Assembly (NCBI GenBank): GCA_965219685.1
Contig: CBDCOH010000002.1
Coordinates: 1,024,001 to 1,088,000 of the forward strand
Direction of reading: 5' to 3'
Origin: Candidatus Spongiisociaceae bacterium
GTDB taxonomy: Bacteria; Actinomycetota; Acidimicrobiia; Spongiisociales; Spongiisociaceae
Length of the DNA stretch: 64,000 nt
In this document: positions 8,605-18,378 of the stretch, in pieces
Layout: each line of letters starts with the position of its first letter
Numbering within the stretch: the first letter of the stretch is position 1
The notes under the pieces: model-generated
Told to the model about the DNA's origin: nothing
Database searches by the model: none
What the model saw: the letters and a program-made list of their open reading frames with translations, nothing else
Made by a program: the position numbers and the translations under genes

Positions 8605-9690
8605 TCAGATGACGACCACGGAACGGAGCACCTCGCCCCGCTCCATCTTGTGGAAGGCTTCCTCAACATCTCCGAGCCCGATCGTCTCCGAGACGAAACG
8701 GTCGAGATCGAGCCGGCCCTGCAGGTACAGGTCGATCAGCATCGGGAAGTCCCGCGAGGGCAGGCAGTCGCCGTACCAACTCGACTTGAGGGCGCCGCCG
8801 CGCCCGAAGACCTCGAGGAAGGGAAGCTCGATGGTCATGTCGGGGGTGGGCACGCCGACCAGCACGACGGTTCCGGCCAGGTCCCGGGCCTCGAAGGCCT
8901 GGCGGTAGACATGCGGCAGGCCGATCGCCTCGATGGCCACGTCCACGCCGTTGCCACCGGTCAGGCTCTTGATCTTCTCCACGGGGTCCTCGTCGTTGGA
9001 GTTGATCGTGTGGGTGGCGCCGAAGTCACGGGCCCACTCCAGCTTGCGGTCGTCGATGTCCACGCCGATGATCGTGGTCGCGCCGGCCAGTTTCGACCCG
9101 ACGATGGCGCCGTCGCCGACGCCACCGCATCCGAACACGGCAACGCTGTCCCCGCGACCCACTCCCCCGGTGTTGACCGCCGATCCGATCCCGGCCATCA
9201 CACCGCATCCCAGCAGCCCGGCCACCGTCGCGGAAGCGGCCGGATCCACCTTCGTGCACTGGCCTGCGGCCACCAGGGTCGCCTCGGCGAAGGCTCCGAT
9301 CCCCAGGGCGGCCGACAGTTCGGTGCCGTCCTCCAAGGTCATCTTCTGGGCGGCGTTGTGGGTGCTGAAGCAGATGTTCGGCTTGCCCTTGAGGCACGAA
9401 CGGCATTGGCCGCACACGGCTCTCCAGTTGAGGATCACGAAGTCGCCGGGAGCCACCTCGGTGACGCCCGGACCCACCGCGTCCACTACACCGGCGGCCT
9501 CGTGGCCGAGGAAGAAGGGATAGTCGTTGCTGATCCCCCCCTCCCGGTAGTGGAGGTCCGTGTGACAAACTCCGCAGGCTTGGATCGCCACCACCGCCTC
9601 ACCCGGTCCGGGATCGGGGATGACGATATTCTCCATCGTGACGGGCTCACCCACCGCCATTGACACCACACCCTGTACGGTCCGCGACAT
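8605..9690 (-). CDS. mscR: S-(hydroxymethyl)mycothiol dehydrogenase
   Basis: [49 protein letters not shown]; start at ATG 9690 after RBS. Confidence 0.93.
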   Translation of the reverse strand: MSRTVQGVVSMAVGEPVTMENIVIPDPGPGEAVVAIQACGVCHTDLHYREGGISNDYPFFLGHEAAGVVDAVGPGVTEVAPGDFVILNWRAVCGQCRSCLKGKPNICFSTHNAAQKMTLEDGTELSAALGIGAFAEATLVAAGQCTKVDPAASATVAGLLGCGVMAGIGSAVNTGGVGRGDSVAVFGCGGVGDGAIVGSKLAGATTIIGVDIDDRKLEWARDFGATHTINSNDEDPVEKIKSLTGGNGVDVAIEAIGLPHVYRQAFEARDLAGTVVLVGVPTPDMTIELPFLEVFGRGGALKSSWYGDCLPSRDFPMLIDLYLQGRLDLDRFVSETIGLGDVEEAFHKMERGEVLRSVVVI

Positions 9691-9760
9691 CTCCATCTCC
9701 TGTTGTCGCTGTCTGAAGTGCGCCGCCGAGATCGATCCGGGCGGCGTACACAAGAATAGT

Positions 9761-10204
9761 TCAGTGGTCAGGCCGGTCGCTAAGGGAGACCGGAAAAGCC
9801 GCGGCGAGGAGGTCGCTGTCCGGTCGTACTGGGCGGAGTCCTCCCCTGAGGCTGACCGTCGGCTGCCTCATCAGAGTCTGCTTTAGGGGGTCGACTTCGA
9901 TGCCCATCGACTCCAGAGCGGTCACGCCGAGAAGAGGTTCGGCGTCCGCATCGCCGAAGATGATCGTCGCTCCGACGAATATGTCCATGAGTTCGACGCG
10001 GCCGACCGTGACATCCATCGTGATGCTGGTGCCGTCGGCGAGACTGTAGACCCGCTGTCCTTCGGGCTTCAGGCCGATAGCCTCGAGATGGCGACGCGGG
10101 ACGAGGCAGTCGATGGCGCCGGTGTCGACGAGGAAAGTTCCCTCCCAGACCTGATCGGGTTCGGCCGGATTCCGTATCGCGGCGATGGTGCGGATGAGTC
10201 CCAT
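9761..10204 (-). CDS. Clan AA (retropepsin-like) aspartic protease
   Basis: FLVDTGA catalytic motif, [13 protein letters not shown]. Confidence 0.88.
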   Translation of the reverse strand: MGLIRTIAAIRNPAEPDQVWEGTFLVDTGAIDCLVPRRHLEAIGLKPEGQRVYSLADGTSITMDVTVGRVELMDIFVGATIIFGDADAEPLLGVTALESMGIEVDPLKQTLMRQPTVSLRGGLRPVRPDSDLLAAAFPVSLSDRPDH

Positions 10205-10311
10205 CAGGGTCCCCTTAGATCGTAGATAAGATATTCTACACTAGTCAGCATGTGTTGCTGTGCAAACACAGCGATCGTGTCCAAGAGACGAGCAGACGAT
10301 CCAACCGGAGG

Positions 10312-10402
10312 GGAACGGTCAGTGGTCAGTGGACGACGATCCTGTCACCATTCACCATTCACCATTCACCATTCACCATTCACCATTCACCATTCACCAT
10401 TC
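10312..10402 (-). repeat. Heptamer array (TGGTGAA)~8 after the livF stop, 12-nt spacer, then counter-oriented CCACTGA/CCGTTCC units
   Basis: + strand ggaacgg tcagtgg tcagtgg ... (ttcacca)n at 10345..10402. Confidence 0.92.
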
Positions 10403-11146
10403 TCAGCGGGTTCCCAGGAATGCTCGCCTGACCTCGGGGTCGGCGAGGAGTTCTTCGGCGGGACCCTCGTAGCTGTTTCGGCCCATCTCCAGCACGTAGC
10501 CACGGTGGCTGGCTTGGAGTCCCTGGCGGGCGTTCTGCTCGATCATCAGCACCGTCAGGCCGGTTTCGTGGTTCAACTGCCGGATGGCCTCGAAGACCTG
10601 GCGCGTGACGATCGGCGCCAGACCCGCCGAGGGTTCGTCCATCAGGACTATGCGGGGATCGTGCATCAGGGAGCGGCCGATCTCGAGCATGCGCTGCTCC
10701 CCTCCCGACATGGTTCCGGCGACCTGCCGGTTGCGCCGGGCGAGCCGCGGGAACAGGCCGTACACGTAGTCGATCCGCTCTCGGATCCTGGCCTTGTCGC
10801 GTTCCAGGTACATCCCGAGTTCCAGATTCTCGTGGACCGTCATCTGAGGGAAGACGCTGCGGAGCTGGGGAACCATGGCCATCCGCGCCGTGCGCAACGC
10901 ATCCTGGGGAGCGATGTTGGTGATGTCCACGCCGTCGCAGAGCACTCGTCCCGAGCGCACCTCCGCCAGACCGTAAACGGCTCTGAACACCGTGGACTTG
11001 CCGGCGCCGTTGGGTCCGATGACACAGACGATCTCTCCTTCGGCCACTTCGAGGTCGATTTGGTGGACGACGTTGTGGCCCGTGTAGTAGCCGGCGCTCA
11101 TGTCGAGGACCTCGAGAAGCGGCCGCTCAGTTCCGGTGAGCGCCAC
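10403..11146 (-). CDS. livF: Branched-chain amino acid type ABC transporter ATP-binding protein (LivF-like)
   Basis: GPNGAGKST, MSGGEQRML, MDEPSAGLAP, IEQN; GTG start overlaps the upstream stop. Confidence 0.9.
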   Translation of the reverse strand: MALTGTERPLLEVLDMSAGYYTGHNVVHQIDLEVAEGEIVCVIGPNGAGKSTVFRAVYGLAEVRSGRVLCDGVDITNIAPQDALRTARMAMVPQLRSVFPQMTVHENLELGMYLERDKARIRERIDYVYGLFPRLARRNRQVAGTMSGGEQRMLEIGRSLMHDPRIVLMDEPSAGLAPIVTRQVFEAIRQLNHETGLTVLMIEQNARQGLQASHRGYVLEMGRNSYEGPAEELLADPEVRRAFLGTR

Positions 11147-11892
11147 TACTCCCCCTCCGCCCCGAAGTAGGCCTCGATCACGGCCGGGTCCTCCATGACC
11201 TGGCGCGGGGTACCCTCGGCCAGCTTGGCGCCGCGATCGAGAACCACCACTCGGTGGCACAACTCCGCCACGAACTGCACGTTGTGCTCCACGAGAAGAA
11301 TGGCCACTCCTTTCGAGTTGACCTCCCGCAGGCGATCGGCGATCTCGACGACCAGGGCAGGATTGACACCCGACGTGGCCTCGTCCAGTAGCACCAACTT
11401 CGGTTCGCTCATCAGGGCCATCCCGATCTCCAGGAGGCGGCGCTGGCCTCCTGACAGGGCGCCGGCGCGCTCGTGCCGGAGCCCGGCGAGCAACAGGAAC
11501 TCCAGCAGGGAGTCGACCCGCCGGCGGGCTGCCGGGTCCGTCCGGCCGAACAGGCCTGCCGGACCCACCCGCGCCCACTGGATGCTCAACTCCAGATTCT
11601 CGGTGACGGTCAGTTCTCGGTACACCCGTATCAGCTGGAAGGTGCGGGCCAGGCCCAGCCGGGCCACCTGGTGGGGCCGGTGCCCGGTGATGTCGACACC
11701 GTCGAACCTGATCGAACCGGAGTCGATGCTCGACACCCGGCTCAGGCAGTCGAACAGGGTGGTCTTCCCGCTGCCGTTGGGACCGATGAGCCCCACCATC
11801 TCGGCGGACCCGACGCTGATGTCCACCCGGTCCACCGCCGTCAGACCGCCGAACCGCTTCACGACGCCGCGGGCATCCAGCAACGCGGTCAT
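11146..11892 (-). CDS. livG: ABC transporter ATP-binding protein (LivG-like)
   Basis: GPNGSGKTT, ARTFQ, LSGGQRRLLE, VEHN. Confidence 0.9.
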   Translation of the reverse strand: MTALLDARGVVKRFGGLTAVDRVDISVGSAEMVGLIGPNGSGKTTLFDCLSRVSSIDSGSIRFDGVDITGHRPHQVARLGLARTFQLIRVYRELTVTENLELSIQWARVGPAGLFGRTDPAARRRVDSLLEFLLLAGLRHERAGALSGGQRRLLEIGMALMSEPKLVLLDEATSGVNPALVVEIADRLREVNSKGVAILLVEHNVQFVAELCHRVVVLDRGAKLAEGTPRQVMEDPAVIEAYFGAEGE

Positions 11893-12959
11893 GGTTCCTC
11901 TTCCCCCTCATCCGGTTGCCCCTCATCCGGCTGGTTGCCCCGCCCGAGCCATCGCCGCCACATGGCGGTCACCGACGTGCCCCGCGGATCGAGGATCCCG
12001 ACCAGGCCCCTGGGGAGGAACAGGACTATTCCGACCAGCAACACTCCCTGCGCGATCAGGTGGTAGTCGAGCAGATGCGCCCATAGCAGTTCGCGCAGCC
12101 AGAACAGCGCGATGGTTCCCACCACCGGTCCGGCCACGGTACCGAGCCCTCCCAGCATGGTGCCCATCACCGCGTCGACCGTCCGGAGCTCGACGAAGGC
12201 GATGTCGGGGTCGACGAAGGTGTTCTGGTAGGCCCACAGTCCCCCGAACAACCCGGTTGAGAAGCCGGCGAAACTGAACACGGTCACCTTGAGGCGCGTC
12301 GTGTCGATCCCGCGCGTCTCCGCCCCGACCTCGTCCTCCCTGATTGCCACCAGGGCAGCCCCGAATCGCGTGCTCCGCAGCCACCAGGTGAATGCGACCA
12401 GCCCGGCCACGAGCGCCAACTCGACGTAGTAGAAGAGCGGCCGGTTGAGGTAGGGAGGCAGCGTCAGCCCCACCCCTCCTCCGGTCAGGCCGCCGGATAC
12501 CCGCACTATCTCCCGGACCGCCACAAAGGTACCGAGCATGGCGATCGAGAAGTACGGCCCCTTGAGGCGCATGGTCGCCCTCCCGATGGCCGCGGCCAGA
12601 GCGCCGGCCACCACCGCACCGATGACGATGGCGGGCGGAGCCGCCCAGCCGATCTGCGGGCCGTTGGTCTGCAGCGACATGAGCATTGCGGTGGTGTAAG
12701 CGCCGATCCCGAACCAGGCGGCGTGCCCGAAGTCGACGTAGCCCGTGAACCCGCCGGTGAGATTCCAGTTCACGGCCACGGCGACCGAGGTGAGCATCAG
12801 GGTCAGGGTGAACAGTGTCGCGTCGCCGACACCCGGCAGGGTCGGCAACAACGCGAGCACGACGAGTAACCCGAGCGAGACCCTGACGAGGAAGCGTCGG
12901 GGACGAGGGCCTTGGAGCCGGGATGCGCGGGAAGGCCTGTCGGCGGTTACGGGTCTCAT
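11889..12959 (-). CDS. livM: ABC transporter permease (LivM-like)
   Basis: GFTGYVDFGHAAWFGIGAY, LKGPYFSIAML, AIREDEVGA. Confidence 0.9.
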   Translation of the reverse strand: MRPVTADRPSRASRLQGPRPRRFLVRVSLGLLVVLALLPTLPGVGDATLFTLTLMLTSVAVAVNWNLTGGFTGYVDFGHAAWFGIGAYTTAMLMSLQTNGPQIGWAAPPAIVIGAVVAGALAAAIGRATMRLKGPYFSIAMLGTFVAVREIVRVSGGLTGGGVGLTLPPYLNRPLFYYVELALVAGLVAFTWWLRSTRFGAALVAIREDEVGAETRGIDTTRLKVTVFSFAGFSTGLFGGLWAYQNTFVDPDIAFVELRTVDAVMGTMLGGLGTVAGPVVGTIALFWLRELLWAHLLDYHLIAQGVLLVGIVLFLPRGLVGILDPRGTSVTAMWRRWLGRGNQPDEGQPDEGEEEP

Positions 12960-13020
12960 GAACTCTCTGCGCGGCTGCCGGACGCGAGGCGTGAGGGGCC
13001 GTTAGGACGGCAGTTCCTGA

Positions 13021-15207
13021 TCATGTCGCGGTCGCGTCCACGGGCCGGAGGCCTTTGAAGAGGCCCTGGGGCCGGACCACCAGCGCAACGACGAGCAGCA
13101 CGAACGAAGCCACGACCGCCAGGTTTGTGCCTATCTGGGGGATGTAGAGGGCCAGTCCCGCCTCGACGAGGCCGAGCACCATGGCGCCGCCGAGGGCGCC
13201 CCTGACCGAGCCGAGTCCCGCCATGGCGGTTATGGCGAAGGCCTTGAGCGTCAGGGGCGGACCCTGGAAGGGTTGTACAGCCAGCACCGGGCTTATGAGA
13301 GCACCGGCCACGCCGGTGATGCCGATGCAGATGGCGAACGTCGCCGCGTATACCTTGGCGACGTCGATGCCGACGATCCGTGCCGCCTCCCGGTTCTGGG
13401 CGGCGGCCCGGATACTCTTCCCCAGCCTGCTCCGAGAAAGGAACAGGCTCAGGCCACCCGCCACCGCCAGCGCCACGACCAGGATCCAGAAGCGGGTGAC
13501 GGGCACCGTCACCTCTCCTGCGACGGGCCAGACGCCGTCGAGGACCGTGTCGGCACGCCGGAAGTCCGCCGAGAACACAACCTTCATGACGTTCTGCAGG
13601 ATGATCGCCACCGCGAACATGACTAGCAGCGAGACGAGGTGGGGCCGGTCGATCACGCGGTTGACGAGCAGGCGTTGCGTCCCGAAACCGAGCAGCATCA
13701 TCAGCAGGAACACCGCGGGGACGGTCACGAACGGGTCCACTCCCCAGACGTCGTTGGCGAGCCAGGCCATGTAGGCGCCGATCATCACGAACTCGCCGTG
13801 GGCGAAGTTGATGACCCCCATCACCCCCCAGATGATCGAGAATCCCAGCACGAGAAGGGTGTACATACCGCCGAGGGCGATGCCGTTGACGAGCATCTGC
13901 GCGGCCTTCTTGCCGGTGGAGGCTGGCCCTCCCCCGCTGGAACCGGCAAGGGGATAGATCAGATCGGCTACTGCCGCCTCGTCGGGCGCCACCACTCGGA
14001 TCAGCCCGTCCTGCACCTGGACGGTGCCCATCGGCTTGGCCGCGTTGACGCCGCGCCGGTCGAACGAGATAGGCCCGTAGAACGTGTCTTTCTCCAGTGC
14101 GTAGAGGGCTTCGCGGACCGCGTCGGTGTCGGTGGTCCCGGCGGTCTCGATAGCCAGGTGAAGCGCGAGGGCCGAGGCAGTGGCGCTGGCGGCCTGGTAC
14201 ACGGGCGGATCTCCCCAGAGGCTCTCGTAGTAGGCCGCGTAGTCCGACGCGGTACCGAAGTACGGTCCCTCGTAGGCCATCACCGGTTCCCACTGGGTGG
14301 GACCCAGGACACCGTCCACGTCCTCGCCGAGTTCGTCGATCAGCTTGGGGTTGGACGGTCCCACCGTGATGAGCATCCCGTCCGGAGCGAATCCGAGTTC
14401 CTTGGCTGCGTTGACGAACAGGACCGCATCGTTGTAGTGGCCGCCGCCCACGAAGATGTCGGGGTCCAGGTCGCGGAACTTGGTCATGATCGCCGAGGCA
14501 TCCTGGATGTCCTTGGGGTAGGTCTCCATCGACAAGACCTCGATGCCGGCGGCTTCCATGTGCCGTCGGGCCCCGTTGGCGACCGCGGTTGGGAAGGAGG
14601 TGTCCTCGTAGGCGATCACCGCGGTGCGCGCACCCCGGACAGCTAGGGCCTCGACGGCTGACTTGGTGTAGTCGCTGGCGATGGTGGCTACCAGGAAGAG
14701 GTTGCGGAAGCCGCGCTCGAACATCGTGTCGGAGGTTCCGTTTCCTTCCACCATGATTACGTTGTTGGCCTCGGCGATGGCGCTGGCGCCGGTGGTCAGA
14801 CCGCTCGAGTAGGGGCCGAGCAGGAAGTCGACCCCGTCCTCGTCGATCAGCTTCTGCACCAGGTTGGCAGCCGTGTCGGCGTCGGACTCGTCGTCGTAGT
14901 AGACGATCTCGGCGGCGAACCGGCGGCCGCCGATGTCGATGCCGCCGTACTCCTCGTTGACCCACCGAACCCAGGTGTCGTAGCCCTGGCGGGAGTCCCG
15001 TCCCTCCACGGCGAACTTCCCGGTCTCGCTGAGCGCGGCGCCCAAGCGCACCGTGCCCGCGAAGCCTTGGTCTCCTCCGGCCACGCCCGCGTCGTCAGGC
15101 CTGGTATCAGATTGCCTATCGCTCCCGGCACAACCCACAAGGATCAGCGACAGCACGGCTAACGCGGCCCACCGGCTCAGCATCGGTCCTGGTCGAAATG
15201 AATCCAT
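13021..15207 (-). CDS. Fused LivJ/K-type substrate-binding lipoprotein + LivH-type permease
   Basis: Lipobox LVGC, YDDES, LLGPYSS, then GVINFAHGEFVMIGAY and IRAAAQNREAARIVGI in one ORF. Confidence 0.88.
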   Translation of the reverse strand: MDSFRPGPMLSRWAALAVLSLILVGCAGSDRQSDTRPDDAGVAGGDQGFAGTVRLGAALSETGKFAVEGRDSRQGYDTWVRWVNEEYGGIDIGGRRFAAEIVYYDDESDADTAANLVQKLIDEDGVDFLLGPYSSGLTTGASAIAEANNVIMVEGNGTSDTMFERGFRNLFLVATIASDYTKSAVEALAVRGARTAVIAYEDTSFPTAVANGARRHMEAAGIEVLSMETYPKDIQDASAIMTKFRDLDPDIFVGGGHYNDAVLFVNAAKELGFAPDGMLITVGPSNPKLIDELGEDVDGVLGPTQWEPVMAYEGPYFGTASDYAAYYESLWGDPPVYQAASATASALALHLAIETAGTTDTDAVREALYALEKDTFYGPISFDRRGVNAAKPMGTVQVQDGLIRVVAPDEAAVADLIYPLAGSSGGGPASTGKKAAQMLVNGIALGGMYTLLVLGFSIIWGVMGVINFAHGEFVMIGAYMAWLANDVWGVDPFVTVPAVFLLMMLLGFGTQRLLVNRVIDRPHLVSLLVMFAVAIILQNVMKVVFSADFRRADTVLDGVWPVAGEVTVPVTRFWILVVALAVAGGLSLFLSRSRLGKSIRAAAQNREAARIVGIDVAKVYAATFAICIGITGVAGALISPVLAVQPFQGPPLTLKAFAITAMAGLGSVRGALGGAMVLGLVEAGLALYIPQIGTNLAVVASFVLLVVALVVRPQGLFKGLRPVDATAT

Positions 15208-15291
15208 CGCAGAGAGAGAATTCCCGGGGATAACTCGGCGCCCACGGTAGTCGCTAGCTGCGCGAGGGATGGTCCGCGCCCATCCGGACGG

Positions 15292-16851
15292 TCACGCCCC
15301 GGTGAGTCTCCAGACTTCGGTTCGGGGATGGAACTGGCTCCATGCGAACCAGAAAGCCTCGTGGGAGGGTATCTCGACGCCGTCCGGTCCCCAGGAACGC
15401 AGGCCGCCGCCGTCCCTGGTCACCACGATGCCCGCATGTTCGACCGGTTCACCTCGCTGCAGGGTCGCGTGGGTCTCGCCGACGGGGAAGGCAACCACGG
15501 TGGGCGTCGCTCCTCCCTCGAACAGGACGCCCAGCACCTTCTCCTGGATCGGGAGGCGGTCATCCCAGGGCCCTATCGGGAAGATCGGCCCCTGGTCGTC
15601 CCTACCCCTGAGCGGATCCGCCGGGTAGGACCGACCGATCCCGCCGTCCTCGGCAACGATGAGAGTGTGAGGGTTGGCCTCCTTCCAATCGCCCCACCGG
15701 GAGGCCACCATGGTGGTCTGGGGTAGCCGGACACCAGCCTCGCGCAGGGGCCCGCTGACCGCCTGGCCGGTGAAGGTGTCGAACATGGAACGCGTGTGGT
15801 ATTCGTACATCATCTTGTTGGAGCGCGACAGGAGCCCGGAGGTGCGGAGCTCGAAGGTCTCGGCCTCTCCTAGCCGGTCGAGGACCGGATCGGGCACCTC
15901 GTCTGTGAAGTAGGCCTGGGCGGAGCCGCACAGGGTGCAGTAAGGGATGCCCAGCCGCCTGCCTCCGATGGTGATGTTGACCATCTCGTGGACTTCCATC
16001 ATGTTCTTGGGGAAGGCAACCGCCTCCCCGTTGACGGTCACCGCGAACACGTACGCGTCGTCGGGGTAGTAATCCCCCTCCGAGGCGGGCACGAGGCGGG
16101 GATCGTCGAGGGCCGGAATGCAGCCGCGGGGACAGGGTAGATGAACCTCGTCGAGCGGGCGGTCGTCGATGAGCACCCCACCCCATGTGACGTGACGCCA
16201 GTCGATGAGAGAGTCCTCGTCGGCGAAGAACGGCGCCCAGCCCGGCTCGATCAGGGTGTACATTCCACCCTTCCACTCGGCAAAACCGGGCGGTGCAGGC
16301 GTGTCCCACGTGATCAGCTGGTTGGTGGCGTCGAGCCACGGGTTCCAGCCGAGATCGATGCCTGTGAGGTCGGTGAAGGCGAAGCGGAGGCCCGACGCGT
16401 CGGGGTTGATGAAGCGCATGAGATCCGCGATCACCCAGCCGAGCCGCAGGTCACCGGACCGGCTGAGCCGGGCGACCGCATCGGTGTCCAGGCCGGTCGT
16501 AAGGGAGTCGAGCACGGCTTGGAGATCGGCTTCGATGTCCACCGCCGCAGGATCCTCCGCCCGGGTGGCAGGCGGTTGCTCGCTGGAGGTCGTGGGTGGC
16601 GAAGCGGCGCCGGCGGGGGTGTCGTCCGGCGCAGTGGTGGTCGGGCGGTCATCGGCCGGTTCCGTCGGGCCGGTCGTTTCGGAAGCTGCCGGCGGTTCGG
16701 CATCCGTTGCCGCCTCTGTTTCGTCACGCGGTGACTCCGCGGACAGGAAGGCGACCAGAACGGCGAAGCCCACCAGCATCGCGAGGCCGATCAGGAGCGC
16801 TCGCCGGCGTCCTCCTCCCCCGCCGGCGGATTCTTCATGCGGATCGGTCAT
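15292..16851 (-). CDS. DUF3179 domain protein with N-terminal TM and Pro/Thr linker
   Basis: IPALDDP, HEMVN, YCTLCGS, TSGLL, AFWFAWSQFHP. Confidence 0.85.
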   Translation of the reverse strand: MTDPHEESAGGGGGRRRALLIGLAMLVGFAVLVAFLSAESPRDETEAATDAEPPAASETTGPTEPADDRPTTTAPDDTPAGAASPPTTSSEQPPATRAEDPAAVDIEADLQAVLDSLTTGLDTDAVARLSRSGDLRLGWVIADLMRFINPDASGLRFAFTDLTGIDLGWNPWLDATNQLITWDTPAPPGFAEWKGGMYTLIEPGWAPFFADEDSLIDWRHVTWGGVLIDDRPLDEVHLPCPRGCIPALDDPRLVPASEGDYYPDDAYVFAVTVNGEAVAFPKNMMEVHEMVNITIGGRRLGIPYCTLCGSAQAYFTDEVPDPVLDRLGEAETFELRTSGLLSRSNKMMYEYHTRSMFDTFTGQAVSGPLREAGVRLPQTTMVASRWGDWKEANPHTLIVAEDGGIGRSYPADPLRGRDDQGPIFPIGPWDDRLPIQEKVLGVLFEGGATPTVVAFPVGETHATLQRGEPVEHAGIVVTRDGGGLRSWGPDGVEIPSHEAFWFAWSQFHPRTEVWRLTGA

Positions 16852-16899
16852 CCGCCGGTCCGCCGACCCGTTCCCACCTGGCGCCGGTGGATCCGAGGT

Positions 16900-17139
16900 T
16901 CAGCGGCCAAGCAGTATGGCGAGGCTGATCGTCGTCAGACCGAACAGAACCGCCACGACCACAGTTATGCGGTCGAGATTCCGCTCGGCCAGGGTCGATC
17001 CCCCCATCCCGCCGGCCTGCATGCCCCCGCCGAACATGTCCCCGAGCCCCCCCTTGCCGGAGTGCAGCAGGATCAGGAAGATCAGGGCGACGGCCATGAT
17101 CAGATGGACGATCGTAAGGATCGCGGTTGCGATAGTCAT
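16900..17139 (-). CDS. secG: Preprotein translocase subunit SecG
   Basis: ILLHSGKGGLGDMFGGG, AERNLDRIT; downstream of tpiA. Confidence 0.95.
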   Translation of the reverse strand: MTIATAILTIVHLIMAVALIFLILLHSGKGGLGDMFGGGMQAGGMGGSTLAERNLDRITVVVAVLFGLTTISLAILLGR

Positions 17140-17143
17140 TGAG

Positions 17144-17174
17144 TAGTTCCTAGTTGGTAGTTGGTAGTTGGTAG
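17144..17174 (-). repeat. Heptamer array (CCAACTA)3 GGAACTA between four-helix gene stop and secG start
   Basis: + strand tagttcc (tagttgg)3 tag. Confidence 0.93.
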
Positions 17175-17525
17175 TCAGCGAAGTGCTCGCTTGAGCCCGG
17201 TCAGCATCTTACCAACCTCGTCGCTACAGACCAGGGCATGCTCGATCTCCTCGTCCTTAGCCATTCCCAGACGGACCGCCAGGATCAGAAAGGTTTCGGT
17301 CTCCGCTAGCGATCCGCTTGCGATCCCTAGAAACTGCCGGAACTCCCTGGTACCGCGCCGTGCCGCCCCTTCGGCGATGTTCGCCGCGATCGAGCACGCA
17401 GACCGGCGCACCTGCACCGTCATCCCGTACTCCTCCGAAGATGGGAACCGGGCCGAAAGCTGATACACCATCTCAGCAAGATCGAGCGACTTCCGCCAGA
17501 CCGCCAAATCCTGATAACTACCCAT
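17175..17525 (-). CDS. Four helix bundle protein (23S rRNA IVP family)
   Basis: SYQDLAVWRKS, FPSSEEYGMTVQVRRSACSIAANIAEG, FLGIASGSLAE; TATAGT hexamer 7 nt before ATG. Confidence 0.95.
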   Translation of the reverse strand: MGSYQDLAVWRKSLDLAEMVYQLSARFPSSEEYGMTVQVRRSACSIAANIAEGAARRGTREFRQFLGIASGSLAETETFLILAVRLGMAKDEEIEHALVCSDEVGKMLTGLKRALR

Positions 17526-17562
17526 GTCTGAGACTATAGGCATATGTAGATATTAGTTTGCA

Positions 17563-17597
17563 TCAGCTAGCAACCACCAACTAGCAACTACCAACTA
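17563..17597 (-). repeat. Heptamer array TAGTTGG/TAGTTGC x5 starting at the gpmA stop codon
   Basis: + strand tcagcta gcaacca ccaacta gcaacta ccaacta. Confidence 0.9.
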
Positions 17598-18335
17598 TCC
17601 CGCTTGGGCGGCTACGGCTGCGGCCGCGGCTTCGGCAGCCGCTTGGTCGCCCAGGTATCGATCGGAGCGGTGGTTCCAGTCTTCGTCGAGTTCTACGACC
17701 AGGGGGATACCGGTCGGGATGTTCAGTCGGGTTATGTCCTCGTCGCTTATCCCCTTCAGGTACTTGAGAAGGGCCCGGATGCTGTTGCCGTGGGCGACCA
17801 CCACGACCCGCAGCCCTGCGCGGAGATCGGGAACGATTCCCTGTGTCCAGTAGGGCACCGCTCTTGCTACGACATCAGCCAGGCACTCGCTTGCCGGCAA
17901 CTCGTCCGTGGGCACGGATGCGTACCGGGCGTCGAACCGGGGATGCCGCGGATCGTCCGAGTCGAGTGGCGGTGGCGGGATCGAGTAGCTCCTTCGCCAC
18001 TGGAAGACCTGCTCCGCCCCGTGGATGGCTGCGGTCTCCTTCTTCTCCAAGCCTTGCAGAGCGCCGTAATGACGCTCGTTGATCCGCCAACTGCGCTTCA
18101 CCGGGATCCAGTGGAGGTCCATGCGGTCGAGGGCGATGTCGGCAGTACGGATAGCTCGCCTCAGCACCGAGGTGTGAACGACATCGAAGGACAGGCCTTC
18201 GGACGCCATCAGTTCGCCGGCCGATGTCGCCTCATCGATGCCCGCCTCGGTCAGCGGCACGTCGGTCCATCCGGTGAAGCGGTTCTCGAGGTTCCACACA
18301 CTCTGGCCGTGCCTTACGAGTACTACCCTGCTCAC
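17595..18335 (-). CDS. gpmA: 2,3-bisphosphoglycerate-dependent phosphoglycerate mutase
   Basis: [37 protein letters not shown]. Confidence 0.97.
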   Translation of the reverse strand: MSRVVLVRHGQSVWNLENRFTGWTDVPLTEAGIDEATSAGELMASEGLSFDVVHTSVLRRAIRTADIALDRMDLHWIPVKRSWRINERHYGALQGLEKKETAAIHGAEQVFQWRRSYSIPPPPLDSDDPRHPRFDARYASVPTDELPASECLADVVARAVPYWTQGIVPDLRAGLRVVVVAHGNSIRALLKYLKGISDEDITRLNIPTGIPLVVELDEDWNHRSDRYLGDQAAAEAAAAAVAAQAG

Positions 18336-18378
18336 TCGGTCACTCCTTTGTAGAGGGGCTGCACAGAACTACCACCGC

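Noticed and set aside
10250-11170. ORFs with HHSPFTI repeats (also 45760..46011 and 29807..30031)
   Set aside because: Translations of the non-coding heptamer arrays, overlapping or antisense to real genes.
17175-17525. Diversity-generating retroelement suggested by the Avd-like gene
   Set aside because: No reverse transcriptase and no TR/VR pair seen; differences between the 68-bp copies are not adenine-specific.
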